Of a DNA stretch of 60,923 bases, positions 47,711 to 59,089 are shown piece after piece. Made by a program: the position numbers and the translations under genes. The stretch is from a bacterium. GTDB taxonomy: Bacteria > Sysuimicrobiota > Sysuimicrobiia > Sysuimicrobiales > Kaftiobacteriaceae. The stretch spans positions 1-60,923 of the forward strand of contig JBIOWP010000072.1 in assembly GCA_044868695.1 (NCBI GenBank), in the 5' to 3' direction. Under the pieces are notes generated by a model, which had not been told where the DNA came from, did no database searches, and saw nothing but the letters and a program-made list of their open reading frames with translations. Numbering within the stretch: position 1 is the stretch's first letter; every line of letters starts with the position of its first letter.

Positions 47711-48634
47711 TCAGGCGGATTGCAGCAGGCGGGAAAGCAATTGCGGGTCGGCATTGCCACCGCTGACAACGGCCACGGTTCGCGCATCCGCCCGTGTCCG
47801 GAGCGCGGCGGCGACGGGCACCGCGCCCGACGGCTCAACGGCAACCTTCCCGTCGAGCAGCAGGCGGCGGACGGCAGACTGGATCTCCTGGTCGGTCACC
47901 GTGACAAACTCGTCCACGTACCGGAGCGCAATCGCCCAGGTCAGCGTGCCGGGCGCGAGCACGCGGAGTCCGTCCGCGATCGTCTGGGCCTTCTTCAGCG
48001 CGACCGGCCGGCCGGCCGCCCGCGACTGGGCGAACCGATCCGCGCCGGCCGGTTCGACGCCGATCACGCGCGCCTCCGGCCGCAGGGCCTTCACTGCCGC
48101 CGCGATCCCTGAAATGAGCCCGCCGCCGCTGACCGGGACAAGCACGGTCCGGAGGTCGGCCGTCTGCTCAACGATCTCCACCCCCGCGGTGCCCTGGCCG
48201 GCGATGATCAACGGATCGTCGAACGGGGGCACGTAGTGCAGACGGCGGCGCTGCGCCAGGTCCTGCGCGTGCGCGACGCGCTCTTCCGAGTAGCGGCCGA
48301 AGCGGATCACCTCGGCTCCGAATGCGGCGATCGCCTGGGCCTTCGCGGCAACGACGTCTTCGGGGAGGACGACCACGGCCCCCAGACCGAGGGTCTTCGC
48401 GACGTACGCGACGGCCTTGCCGTGATTCCCCGACGACGCGGTGATGATGCCGCCCGCGCACCGGTCGCGCAGCGCGAGCACGTGGTTGAAGGCTCCGCGG
48501 GCCTTGAACGCACCGGTAACCTGCAGGCTTTCCAGCTTCAGCAGCGGCCCGTCGGGGAACGGATGGAGGGGGGTGCGGACGACGAAGCGGGCGATGCGCT
48601 CGCGCGCCGCGTAGATGTCGTCGAGGGACACCAT
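47711..48634 (-). CDS. PLP-dependent threonine/serine dehydratase (serine racemase family)
   Basis: KLESLQVTGAFKARGA, ASSGNHG, PFDD..IIAGQGT, SGGGL, EPSGA, VSGGN. Confidence 0.92.
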   Translation of the reverse strand: MVSLDDIYAARERIARFVVRTPLHPFPDGPLLKLESLQVTGAFKARGAFNHVLALRDRCAGGIITASSGNHGKAVAYVAKTLGLGAVVVLPEDVVAAKAQAIAAFGAEVIRFGRYSEERVAHAQDLAQRRRLHYVPPFDDPLIIAGQGTAGVEIVEQTADLRTVLVPVSGGGLISGIAAAVKALRPEARVIGVEPAGADRFAQSRAAGRPVALKKAQTIADGLRVLAPGTLTWAIALRYVDEFVTVTDQEIQSAVRRLLLDGKVAVEPSGAVPVAAALRTRADARTVAVVSGGNADPQLLSRLLQSA

Positions 48635-48638
48635 CAGA

Positions 48639-50095
<1,457 letters not shown>

Positions 50096-50099
<4 letters not shown>

Positions 50100-51502
50100 C
50101 GCAGCGCGCCCAGCGCCGACACGAGACGGTCAATGTCCTCCCGTGTCCGCTGCTCGGTGACACAGACGAGCCAGGCGTCACGCAGATCCGGATACCAGCG
50201 GCCCAGCGGCGCGCCGCCGAGGATCTGCTGCGCCAGCAGCCGCCGGTTGATCTCCTCCGGGGGCAGAGGGGCGCGAATGACAAACTCGTTGAACGTCGGC
50301 GCCTCGAAGGCCGCGCGGAAGCCCGGCACCGCCCCGATCACGTCCTTCGCGTATGCGGCCTTGCGGAGGTTCAACTCTGACACTTTGCGGAAGCCCTGCC
50401 GGCCCAGGGTTGCCATATACACCGCCGCGGCCAGCGCCAGCAGCGCCTCGTTTGTGCAGATGTTGCTGCTGGCCTTCTCGCGGCGGATGTGCTGCTCGCG
50501 CGTCTGCAGCGTCAGCACAAACCCGCGTCGCCCGTCGGTGTCCACCGTCGCGCCCACCAGTCTGCCGGGAATCCGCCGCACGAACTCCTCGCGCGTCGCC
50601 AGCATGCCGAGGTACGGCCCGCCGAAATTGAGGTGGTTGCCGAGCGGCTGGCCCTCGCCGGCCACGATGTCGGCCCCCCAGGCGCCCGGGGGCTTCAGAA
50701 TCCCAAGCGACAGGGGTTCGGCCACGGCGCAGATCAACAGCGCCCCAGTCCGGTGCACCTGGCCCGCGAGCGCCGCCCCATCCTCCAGGCAGCCGAAGAA
50801 GTTCGGGTGCTGGATCATCACCGCGGCGGTGCGGTCGGAGAGCGCGCGCGCGAGGGCGTCGGGGTCTGTGACCCCCTCGCGGTAGGGCACCTCGCGAATC
50901 CGAATGCCCAGCGGCGCGGTGTAGGTCCGGACCACCTGGCGGTATTCTGGATGGACCGCCGCGCTGATCAGCACCTCGTCGCGTCTGGTCAGATCCCTGG
51001 CCATGACCGCCGCTTCGGCGGCCGCCGAGGCGCCGTCGTACATGGAGGCGTTGGCCACATCCATGCCGGTGAGCTCGCACAGCATGCTCTGGTACTCGTA
51101 GCCCGCCTGCAGCTCTCCCTGCATCAGTTCCGCCTGGTACGGCGTGTAGGCCGTCAAGAACTCTCCGCGCCCTGCCAGATGCCAGACCACGCTGGGCACA
51201 TAGTGGTCGTACGCCCCGGCGCCCAGGAAGCAGACGGCACGGTCCGCATGTGCGTTGCGGTCGGCCAGCGCACGAAGCTCTGCGATCAGCTCGGGATCGC
51301 TCAGGGCAGGGGGAAGGCGCAGCGGCCGGTCCAGGCGGACCGACGCGGGGATGTCGGCGAACAGCTCCTCCACCGAGGCTGCCCCGATCGCGCCCAGCAT
51401 CTCTTCGCGTTCAGCATCGGTCGCGGGAATGTACTTATGCTGGGCGCGGCGCCGCGCTCCCACGCGATCGCGCTCGCGGATTCCTTCACGGCGGGCGGTC
51501 AC
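50096..51502 (-). CDS. gcvPA: Glycine dehydrogenase subunit 1
   Basis: [48 protein letters not shown]. Start taken at the GTGA overlap with gcvH (uncertain). Confidence 0.95.
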
Positions 51503-51885
51503 GCCTTGGCCTCTCCGATGGCGGCCTGGTACCGGTCGGCGAGCATCAACTGCTCCAGTTCCCGAAGGTTGTCGGGCTGCACTACGATCATCCAGCCTTT
51601 TCCATACGGGTCTGAGTTTACCACCTCCGGTGTCTCCTTCAGCGCCGCGTTGACCTCCACCACGGTCCCGGTGACCGGCGAATAGAGGTCCGAGACGGCC
51701 TTGACGGATTCGACGACACCGAACGGCTCCATGAACTTCACCTTCGACCCCACGGCCGGCAGCTCGACAAAGACCACATCGGTGAGGCGGTCCGCCGCAA
51801 ACTTGGTGATGCCCACGCGCACCGTCTTGCCTTCCACCTTGGCCCATTCGTGTTCCGATGAATACCGAAGGTCTGCTGGGTACAT
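51499..51885 (-). CDS. gcvH: Glycine cleavage system H protein
   Basis: YSSEHEW, lipoyl-Lys motif VESVKAVSD, VNSDPYGKGW. Confidence 0.96.
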   Translation of the reverse strand: MYPADLRYSSEHEWAKVEGKTVRVGITKFAADRLTDVVFVELPAVGSKVKFMEPFGVVESVKAVSDLYSPVTGTVVEVNAALKETPEVVNSDPYGKGWMIVVQPDNLRELEQLMLADRYQAAIGEAKA

Positions 51886-52982
51886 CAACCCCTCCTATAG
51901 AACGGCAGCTTCACGACGTGCGCGTCTTCGGGCCGCCCTCGGATCTCGACGTCGATGGACGCCCCGGGGGTGTTATACGCGCGGGGCACATAGCCCATGC
52001 CGATGCTCTTCCCGACCCACGGGCCGAATGTCCCGCTGGTCACCCGTCCGATCGGCGCGCCCTGGGCGAGGAGACGGTAGTGGTGGCGGGGCACGGCGCG
52101 CCCCACCATGGCAAAGCCGACCAGTTTGCGGTCCACGCCGCGCTCCTTCTGCGCCCGCAGCGCCGCCGCGCCGATGAACTCGCCCTTGTCCAATTTGACG
52201 GTCCAGCCCAGCGGGGCTTCCAGCGGGGTCGTTGTTTCGTCGATATCGTTTCCATAGAGCGTGAGGCCGGCCTCCAGCCGCAGGGTGTCCCGGGCGCCCA
52301 GCCCCACCGGCACCAGGCCGTCGGCGCGGCCGGCGTCCATCAGCGCCTGCCAGATCCGCGGACCTTCGCCCCACGGGCAGGCGATTTCGAATCCGTCCTC
52401 GCCGGTATATCCGGTCCGTGAAACCAGGCAGCGCACGCCGGCAATGGGAGCGTCTTCGATGACATGAAAGAATGCCAGAGCGCCGAGATCGGCGGGGGTG
52501 AGCCGGCTGAGGATCCCGGCGGCTTTGGGCCCCTGCAGCGCCAGGAGAGCCAGGTCGGCGGAGCGATTGCTGGCGGTCGCCTCGCGCGTGTGCCCGGCGA
52601 TCCACTGGAAGTCTCGTTCGGTTCTGGAGGCGTTAACCACCAGGAAGAAGCGATCGCCCGCAAGGCGGAATACGGTTAGATCGTCGATGATTCCGCCGTC
52701 CGGGGTGCACATCGGCGAGTAGAGGCCGCCCCCGACGGTCAAGCGGGCGGCGTCGTTGGTGATGAGGCGCTGGATCGAGTCCAAGGCGCCGGGCCCCCAG
52801 AGCTCGACTTCCCCCATGTGGGACACGTCGAACAGCCCGGCCGCCGTGCGGACGGCCCGGTGCTCCTCGACGATCCCGGCATACTGCACCGGCATTTCCC
52901 ATCCGCCGAATTCGACCATCCGGGCGCCGGCCGCCCGGTGCACGTCGTAGAGGCTGGTGCGTTTGAGGTGAGTGATGGCCAT
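51885..52982 (-). CDS. gcvT: Aminomethyltransferase (glycine cleavage T protein)
   Basis: [45 protein letters not shown]. Confidence 0.96.
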   Translation of the reverse strand: MAITHLKRTSLYDVHRAAGARMVEFGGWEMPVQYAGIVEEHRAVRTAAGLFDVSHMGEVELWGPGALDSIQRLITNDAARLTVGGGLYSPMCTPDGGIIDDLTVFRLAGDRFFLVVNASRTERDFQWIAGHTREATASNRSADLALLALQGPKAAGILSRLTPADLGALAFFHVIEDAPIAGVRCLVSRTGYTGEDGFEIACPWGEGPRIWQALMDAGRADGLVPVGLGARDTLRLEAGLTLYGNDIDETTTPLEAPLGWTVKLDKGEFIGAAALRAQKERGVDRKLVGFAMVGRAVPRHHYRLLAQGAPIGRVTSGTFGPWVGKSIGMGYVPRAYNTPGASIDVEIRGRPEDAHVVKLPFYRRG

Positions 52983-52990
52983 ATGCAGAA

Positions 52991-53116
52991 ACCTACGGGA
53001 CCAGGGACCCGGGACCTGGGACCAGGGACTGCGACAACTCTGCCGCCGGCGTGCGGCGCATCAGGCGTCAGGGACGATCGTCTGGTCCCTGGTCCCTGGT
53101 CCCCGGTCCCGCAGGT
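52991..53116. repeat. Inverted pair of heptamer tandem arrays (GGGACCN)n ... (NGGTCCC)n
   Basis: About five GGGACC[A/C/T] units at 52997-53030 and four [T/C]GGTCCC units at 53083-53110; outer ACCTACGGG/CCCGCAGGT also pair. Confidence 0.75.
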
Positions 53117-53756
53117 CAAGCTCAGTCTCGCGCCGCCGCAGCAACGCAATCACTTCATCATCGGTGGTCTGCGCGAACGCGTCGTAGAACTGTCCCACGG
53201 CATAGAAGATCACCGGCGTGTGGAGGCAGACGACGTCATTGGCTTCAGCCCGTAGCCGATGCGCGCTGTCCAGCGGGGCGACGGGGACCGCGGCCACGAG
53301 GCGGTCCGGCCGCATCGCGTGCACGGCCCGCAGCGCCGCGATCATCGTCGCGCCGGTGGCCAGACCGTCGTCCACGACGATCGCCGTCATGCCGCCGACC
53401 GCCGCAGGCGCACGGTCCCCGCGGTACAGTCGCATCCGGCGCTGGATCTCTCCGGTCTGTTCCGCGATTTCGCGCCGCACGTAATCGTCCGTCACGCGCA
53501 GCGACCCCGCCAGCGCGTCGTCCAGGTAGACGCTGCCGTCATGAGCCACGGCGCCGATCGCCAGCTCGGGATTGTCCGGTGCGCGAAGCTTGCGTGGAAT
53601 GACCACATCCAGCGGCGCGTGCAGCGCCGAGGCCACCTCATACCCCACGACGACGCCGCCGCGCGGGACCGCCAGTACATACGGCCGGCGGTCCTGGTAG
53701 GCGACCAGTGCCGCCGCCAACTGTTGCCCGGCCTCCTGGCGGTCGCGAAAGGTCAT
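53061..53756 (-). CDS. Phosphoribosyltransferase-domain protein
   Basis: FRDRQEAG, PRGGV, RKL.AP.NPE.AIGA, PRPP motif VVDDGLATGAT, AVGQFY. Confidence 0.9.
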   Translation of the reverse strand: MTFRDRQEAGQQLAAALVAYQDRRPYVLAVPRGGVVVGYEVASALHAPLDVVIPRKLRAPDNPELAIGAVAHDGSVYLDDALAGSLRVTDDYVRREIAEQTGEIQRRMRLYRGDRAPAAVGGMTAIVVDDGLATGATMIAALRAVHAMRPDRLVAAVPVAPLDSAHRLRAEANDVVCLHTPVIFYAVGQFYDAFAQTTDDEVIALLRRRETELDLRDRGPGTRDQTIVPDA

Positions 53757-53819
53757 CGCGCCCCACCTTCGCTTGGATTCCGCGCGGGCGATGGCTCATT
53801 TTTCCACGAGGTTGAAGGC

Positions 53820-55310
53820 TTATCCTTTGGACGCGGCGCGCGTCAGCGAACCGCACAGATCCGTCAGCAGGTCCCACGCCTCTCGCACGTGCGCTTCGGT
53901 TGTACGCAGATTCCCGACCGCCAGCCGCAGCGCGAACTTCCCGTTGAGCCTGGTGTGGGAGAGGTAGGCGCGGCCGGTCGCGTTGACCGCGTCCAGCAGC
54001 GACACATTGAGCCGCTCGAGGGCCGCCTCGGCGTGCTCACCGGAGTCCGCCCTCAGGGCGGCCGGGCGCGCGCGGAAGCAGACCACGGACAACGGCGCCG
54101 GCGCCAGCCGCTCGAAATCCGGGTGGGCGTCCACCCACGCGCGGAACCGCTGGCCGATCGCAACGTGCTCCCGGATGCGGGCCGCCAGCCCGTCCCATCC
54201 AAAGTACCGGATCACCATCCACAGCTTCAGCGCCCGGAAGCGCCGCCCCAGCTGAATGCCGTAGTCCATGAAATCGCGCACCGCGGCGCGCTGGCTTTCG
54301 ACGGTGCGCAGATATTCGGGCACCAGGCTGAAGGCGGCGCGCAGGACGTCCGGGCGCCGACAGTAAAATGCGCTGCAGTCGATCGGCGTAAACAGCCATT
54401 TGTGCGGGTTGATGACGATCGAGTCGGCGGCCTCGCAGCCCGCGAGGACCCAGCGGAATTCCGGCGCCAGCGCAGCCATGCCGGCGTACGCGCCGTCGAC
54501 ATGCAGCCACAACTGTTCCCGCTCGCAGACCTCGGCGATGGCAGGCACCGGATCCACGCTGGTCGTCGAGGTTGTGCCCACCGTCGCGACGACACAGCAC
54601 GGCCGCCATCCAGCCCGGCGGTCCTCGGCGACGGCTGCGCGCAGCGCGGCCGCGTCCATGCGGAAGTCGGCGTCCACCGGAATCTTGCGCACGCCGGCTC
54701 GGCCGAAGCCCAGCACCACGGCCGCCTTTTCAATGGAGGAGTGCGCGTGGTCGGATGTGTACACCCGCAGGCGCGGGCCGCCGGCCAGCCCGTCGTCCCG
54801 CACGCGGTGTTCTCCGACCGCTTCACGCGCGGCGGCGATGGCGCACAGGCTGGCCACCGATGCGGTGTCCATGATGATCCCCATGAAGCCCGCCGGCAGC
54901 GCGACCATCTGCCGGAGCCAATCCAGGACAACCTCCTCCAGCTCGGTGGCGGCGGGGGAGGTCTTCCACAGCATCCCGTTGACGTTGAGGGCGGAGGCCA
55001 GGAGTTCGCCGAGAATGCCCGGGCCGGACCCGGTGATCGCGAAGTACGCGAAAAACCCCGGGTGGTTCCAGTGGGTGATCCCCGGGACGATGGCGGACTG
55101 GAAGTCTCCCAGAATCGTTCCCATCGGCTCGCCCGCCCGCGGCGGGGACGCCGGCAGGCTGGCCCGAATCGCGCCCGGCTCGGTGCGCGCGAGCACGGGC
55201 AGCTCGCCGACGTGCGTCAGGTAGTCGGCGATCCAGTCGACCGCCTGGTGTCCGAACGCGCGGAATTCTTCGGGGGGCATGTCGCCTCCCGCGGCACGAC
55301 GATCGTTCAT
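53820..55310 (-). CDS. Group II PLP-dependent aromatic L-amino-acid decarboxylase
   Basis: PGITHWNHPGFFAYF, SPAATELE, HSSIEKA, GTTSTTSVDP, HVDGAYAG, NPHKWL, LGRRFRALKLW. Start uncertain (55340/55310/55280). Confidence 0.92.
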   Translation of the reverse strand: MNDRRAAGGDMPPEEFRAFGHQAVDWIADYLTHVGELPVLARTEPGAIRASLPASPPRAGEPMGTILGDFQSAIVPGITHWNHPGFFAYFAITGSGPGILGELLASALNVNGMLWKTSPAATELEEVVLDWLRQMVALPAGFMGIIMDTASVASLCAIAAAREAVGEHRVRDDGLAGGPRLRVYTSDHAHSSIEKAAVVLGFGRAGVRKIPVDADFRMDAAALRAAVAEDRRAGWRPCCVVATVGTTSTTSVDPVPAIAEVCEREQLWLHVDGAYAGMAALAPEFRWVLAGCEAADSIVINPHKWLFTPIDCSAFYCRRPDVLRAAFSLVPEYLRTVESQRAAVRDFMDYGIQLGRRFRALKLWMVIRYFGWDGLAARIREHVAIGQRFRAWVDAHPDFERLAPAPLSVVCFRARPAALRADSGEHAEAALERLNVSLLDAVNATGRAYLSHTRLNGKFALRLAVGNLRTTEAHVREAWDLLTDLCGSLTRAASKG

Positions 55311-55336
55311 CGGGATCTCCTCAGGAGACGGCGGAT

Positions 55337-55891
55337 TCACAGTCCGAGCTCGGGCGCGATGCCCTGCAGCGCCTGGATCACCACGCCGATGTGCTCGTCG
55401 AGGGGCAGGCCCAGTCCGTCCGCGCCGCGCACGACATCGTCACGGTTGACGCCGCGGGCGAACGCCTTGTCCTTCATCTTCTTCCTGACGGAGGCCACGT
55501 CCACGTCGGCCAGGGACTTGCCCGGCTTGACGAGGGCGACCGCGATAACAAAGCCCACCAGCTCGTCCACCGCGAAGAGGGTCTTCTCCATCAGGGACTC
55601 GCGGCTCACGCCGGAGTAGTCGGCGTGTGAGAGCACCGCGCGGCACCACGCCTCGGGGGCGCCGCGCCGGCGTAGCTCCTCGACGCCGACGAACGGATGG
55701 CCTGCGTCCTGCGACGAACAGCGCTCGTAGTCGAGGTCGTGGACCAACCCCACGGTCCCCCAGACGTCTTCATCTTCGCCGAAGCGCCGGGCATACGCGC
55801 GCATCGCGGCTTCGGCCGCCAGCAGGTGCTTGCGGAGGTTCACGTTCTGGATCCACTCGCACACGAGGGCCCAGGCGTCCGCGCGCGTCAT
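55337..55891 (-). CDS. HD (HDIG) domain metal-dependent phosphohydrolase
   Basis: LRKH, VHDLDYE, H, LSH, AVDEL, KKMKDKAFARGVNR. Confidence 0.87.
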   Translation of the reverse strand: MTRADAWALVCEWIQNVNLRKHLLAAEAAMRAYARRFGEDEDVWGTVGLVHDLDYERCSSQDAGHPFVGVEELRRRGAPEAWCRAVLSHADYSGVSRESLMEKTLFAVDELVGFVIAVALVKPGKSLADVDVASVRKKMKDKAFARGVNRDDVVRGADGLGLPLDEHIGVVIQALQGIAPELGL

Positions 55892-55937
55892 GCTCTCTGG
55901 GGTTCCGCTGTAAGTGTGGTGTTCCCTTTCGAAGAAT

Positions 55938-55960
55938 TTCGGATTGCGGAGTGCGGATTG
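55938..55960 (+). repeat. Short heptamer tandem repeat (T[G/T]CGGA[T/G])
   Basis: TTCGGAT TGCGGAG TGCGGAT TG in intergenic DNA. Confidence 0.45.
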
Positions 55961-55992
55961 ACGAGTGCTATCGCACCCGAGGGCCGGCGGGC

Positions 55993-56322
55993 TCACGTCA
56001 CCCGGGGACGTGAGATCTTGGCGAGTCGATCGTAATTCAATCGAAACAGCGCGATCACGTCGGCCACGTCCTCCTGCCCGTGGATCCGCCGGCTCACCCA
56101 GCCCGAGTCAGGCAGCACGTGATGCGGCTGCGCGCGGCCGGCAGCCACCAGCTCGTCGCGGATGCGCATCGGGAAAGGAAGATCCGCCAGCCGGTCGCCA
56201 TGCAGGTGCCCAATCTCCCGGTGATCCAGGGTGAACTCCACACCGCCAAACCGGTGCGGCTGCGCAGACACGCCGGGCCAGCGAAGGATTGCCTGGATGA
56301 TGGCGTCGGCGACCTGTCCCAT
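55993..56322 (-). CDS. DUF5519 / luciferase-domain-like small protein
   Basis: WPGV...PHRFGG.EF....EIGHLHG...D.PF, PHH.LPDSGWV, LFRLNY. Confidence 0.75.
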   Translation of the reverse strand: MGQVADAIIQAILRWPGVSAQPHRFGGVEFTLDHREIGHLHGDRLADLPFPMRIRDELVAAGRAQPHHVLPDSGWVSRRIHGQEDVADVIALFRLNYDRLAKISRPRVT

Positions 56323-56331
56323 GAGCGCCCG

Positions 56332-57930
56332 TTACCCGCCGGCGACCGGCGGGCCGGATGGGCGGTTGCTGGTGCGCAGCGGGATCTCCGGGAGTGCCAG
56401 CGCCACCAGCAGGGCGACGACCAGCAGGACCGTCGCGTACGCGTAGATGCGCGTGACGCTGGCGGCAAACGCCGTGCGCACGAGCTCGCGGAGCTGCGCC
56501 AGCGCCGGATCGGTGGCCGACGCCAGCGCGGCCGTGCCGCTGCGGAGATGCTCCAGGTCCACCGCCGCCCGCGCCTGAGCCGGCACCCGGGCCAAGATCG
56601 GCCCAGCGCTGCGGGCAAACTCCGCCGTCATCACCGAGGAGAGCACGACCCCGAAGATCGCCGTCCCCACCGCCGAGCCGATCTGCAGAAAGAACTGGCG
56701 TCCGGCCGTGGCCACGCCTACCTTCTCATGTGGAACCGCGTTCTGCACGGCCAGGTTGAGCAGCGGCATCGCGGGTCCCAACCCCAACCCCAGCACAATC
56801 ATCCGCCAGGTGACGTCCCACCGCGTCGCACTCGCGTCGAGGCTCGCCAGCAGCGCAAACCCAGCGATCGCCACGCTGAACCCGGCCAGCATGATGCGCC
56901 GGTACCGCCCAACCCGCTGGACGATCATCGTTGACCCAAACGCCCCCCCCACGGCGGCGAACGTCAACGGGATCAGCGTGGTCCCGGCCGCCGTGGCCGA
57001 CACGCCGACGACGTTGACCATGAACAGGGAGAGAAAGAAGATGGCCGCAAAAAACGACGCCCCGACCAGCATTGAGGTGGCGCTCACGACGGCAAAGGTC
57101 CGGTTGCGGAACAGATCCAGGGAGATCACCGGCGACCGGGCGCGCGACTCTACGAACAGCAGCAGCGCGGCCGCGGCGGCCGCCACGGAGAACAGCCCCA
57201 GGATCAGGGGAGAGGACCACGGGTACAGCCGCTTGTCCAGTGTGAGGGCAAGCAGCAGCGGTACCACCGAGGCGATCAGCAGCGCCGTCCCCGCCCAGTC
57301 CACGGCTGCGGCCAGCCCGCTGTGCAGCCGCGGCATCCGCGCGGCGATAAACGCCACCGCCACCACGCCGACCGGCACGTTCACGTAGAACACCCACCGC
57401 CAGCTGAACTGATCGGTGAGCAGCCCGCCCAAGAACGGACCCGCGATGCTGGCCAGCGCAAAGACGCCCCCGAACAATCCCTGGTAGCGGGGCCGCTCGG
57501 CGGGTACGAAGAGATCGGCGATCACCGAAAACGCGGACGAGGTCAACGCCGCCGCTCCGATCCCTTGCAGCACGCGGAACAAGATTAGCTGCGTCATCGT
57601 GGCCGCGATCCCGCACAGCGCCGATCCGGTCAGAAAAATCACGATCCCGGCCAGCATGATGCTCCGCCGGCCGTACAGATCGGAGAGCTTGCCGTAGATC
57701 GGCACCGTGGTCGTGCTCGCAACCAGATAACCGGTGGAGACCCAGGCCAGCAGGTCAATGCCGTGCAGGTCCGCGATGATCGCGGGCAGCGCCGTGGCCA
57801 CGATCGTCTGGTCGAGGGCGGCCAGGAACAACCCCATCAGCACGCCCGCCAGGACGATCCACTTCGTCTGCGGCGACAAGATGGTCGCGTAGTCAATCCG
57901 TTCAGCGCGTGGCTCGGCGACTGTCGACAC
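56332..57930 (-). CDS. MDR family MFS efflux pump (EmrB/QacA, 14 TMS)
   Basis: LDQTIVATALP, GKLSDLYGRR, RVLQGIG, GP.LGG, WRWVFYVNVP. Confidence 0.93.
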   Translation of the reverse strand: MSTVAEPRAERIDYATILSPQTKWIVLAGVLMGLFLAALDQTIVATALPAIIADLHGIDLLAWVSTGYLVASTTTVPIYGKLSDLYGRRSIMLAGIVIFLTGSALCGIAATMTQLILFRVLQGIGAAALTSSAFSVIADLFVPAERPRYQGLFGGVFALASIAGPFLGGLLTDQFSWRWVFYVNVPVGVVAVAFIAARMPRLHSGLAAAVDWAGTALLIASVVPLLLALTLDKRLYPWSSPLILGLFSVAAAAAALLLFVESRARSPVISLDLFRNRTFAVVSATSMLVGASFFAAIFFLSLFMVNVVGVSATAAGTTLIPLTFAAVGGAFGSTMIVQRVGRYRRIMLAGFSVAIAGFALLASLDASATRWDVTWRMIVLGLGLGPAMPLLNLAVQNAVPHEKVGVATAGRQFFLQIGSAVGTAIFGVVLSSVMTAEFARSAGPILARVPAQARAAVDLEHLRSGTAALASATDPALAQLRELVRTAFAASVTRIYAYATVLLVVALLVALALPEIPLRTSNRPSGPPVAGG

Positions 57931-57968
57931 GGCTACCTCCGACGAGGACCGACAGGGAGTCTGGCGCG

Positions 57969-57998
57969 ATTATCCGCAGGACGCGCGGGCACTGTCAA
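57969..57998 (-). promoter_or_regulatory. Sigma70-type promoter for the MDR MFS operon
   Basis: TTGACA(57998-57993)-N18-GATAAT(57974-57969). Confidence 0.5.
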
Positions 57999-58016
57999 GT
58001 CAGGCGGGTGAGAATC

Positions 58017-58907
58017 TCATCGCTCGCCGACCGTCACGCTGAGGTCCCGCACGGCGCCGCCTCGAATCAGCCGGACCTGCAGGGGGGCACCAACCGCCTC
58101 GGCGGTCAAGCGGGCCGCAATGTCCTCGTGATGACGCACCGCGTTTCCCCCCGTGCTCACGATGATATCCCCTTGTATGATTCCACCGCGCTCCGCCGGG
58201 CTGCCGGGTTCGACGGAGACCACGATCAAGCCGTGCTTCTGTCCGATCTGCTGCTCCAGAGCGCCCGGCAGCCGCACCGGGTGGGCCCCGATCCCCAGAT
58301 ACCCGCGCCGGATGCGCCCATGCGCCTTCAACGCCTCCACAACCCGGCGCAGCGTTGGGACCGGGACCGCCAGCACGGTGTGCCGCAACAGGCCCGTTGT
58401 ATTCATGCCCAGCACGACACCGGTCAGGTCAACGAGCGGACCGCCGGAGAATCCAAATCCGGCGTTGACGTCGGCCTCCAGGTAGCGGTCGATCTCACCC
58501 CCCGCGGGGGAACGCCACCCCTCACCCAGCGCGCTGATGATCCCCAGCCTCGCCCGTACCGTCCGACCGGGGCGGCCCAGTGCGACAACGAGATGCCCAA
58601 TCTTCAGTCGGTCAACCCCATCCCACGATGGGACAGCAAGGCCCGGGGCCTGGGCCCGCAGCACGGCGACATCCGTGCTCGGGTCTCGCCCGACCAGCGT
58701 CGCCGCGAGGAGCTGCCCGTCGGGCAGCCCAACGCGGATCTCGTCCTCACGCTCGATGACGTGATCCGCCGTCACTACCGTCCCGTCCGCCCCCCATATG
58801 ATTCCACTCCCCGGCACCCGCCGCCCGGCCTCCACCCGCACTACCGAAGGCGCGGCGCGCTCGACGATCCCCGCCAGCCCGCTGGACACCTCACTCAATG
58901 TCTGCAT
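58017..58907 (-). CDS. Trypsin-like S1C serine protease with PDZ domain (HtrA-like, no signal peptide)
   Basis: TADHV (His), DPSTDVAVL (Asp), GFSGGPL (Ser), PDZ RGYLGI...SPAERGG...GDII. Confidence 0.88.
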   Translation of the reverse strand: MQTLSEVSSGLAGIVERAAPSVVRVEAGRRVPGSGIIWGADGTVVTADHVIEREDEIRVGLPDGQLLAATLVGRDPSTDVAVLRAQAPGLAVPSWDGVDRLKIGHLVVALGRPGRTVRARLGIISALGEGWRSPAGGEIDRYLEADVNAGFGFSGGPLVDLTGVVLGMNTTGLLRHTVLAVPVPTLRRVVEALKAHGRIRRGYLGIGAHPVRLPGALEQQIGQKHGLIVVSVEPGSPAERGGIIQGDIIVSTGGNAVRHHEDIAARLTAEAVGAPLQVRLIRGGAVRDLSVTVGER

Positions 58908-59003
58908 GATTGATCACTCCGCCTCCCCAAAATCGCGTCTACCGCAAGGCTACGCCGGTTCCGCGCCCGGCACATCACCCATTTGGCCGGGGACGAACCA
59001 AGA

Positions 59004-59084
59004 CCGGAAACGGGAAACTGGAAAACGGGAAACGGTGGCGGTACGCCGTTGTTCCCGTTCCCGCTTTCCCGCTTCCCGTTTCCG
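59004..59084. repeat. Inverted heptamer arrays (CGGGAAA)n ... (TTCCCG)n forming a hairpin
   Basis: CCGGAAA CGGGAAA CTGGAAA ACGGGAAA CGG faces CCGTTGTTCCCGTTCCCGCTTTCCCGCTTCCCGTTTCCG. Confidence 0.6.
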
Positions 59085-59089
59085 TCGAG

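Noticed and set aside
52983..53060. Glycine riboswitch upstream of gcvT
   Set aside because: The gap is under 80 nt, is filled by heptamer repeats and lacks the GGAGA...CCGAAG...CTCTCAGG aptamer pattern
55963..55970. CIRCE-like GAGTGCTA
   Set aside because: Single half-site with no TTAGCACTC partner 9 nt away, and not upstream of a chaperone gene
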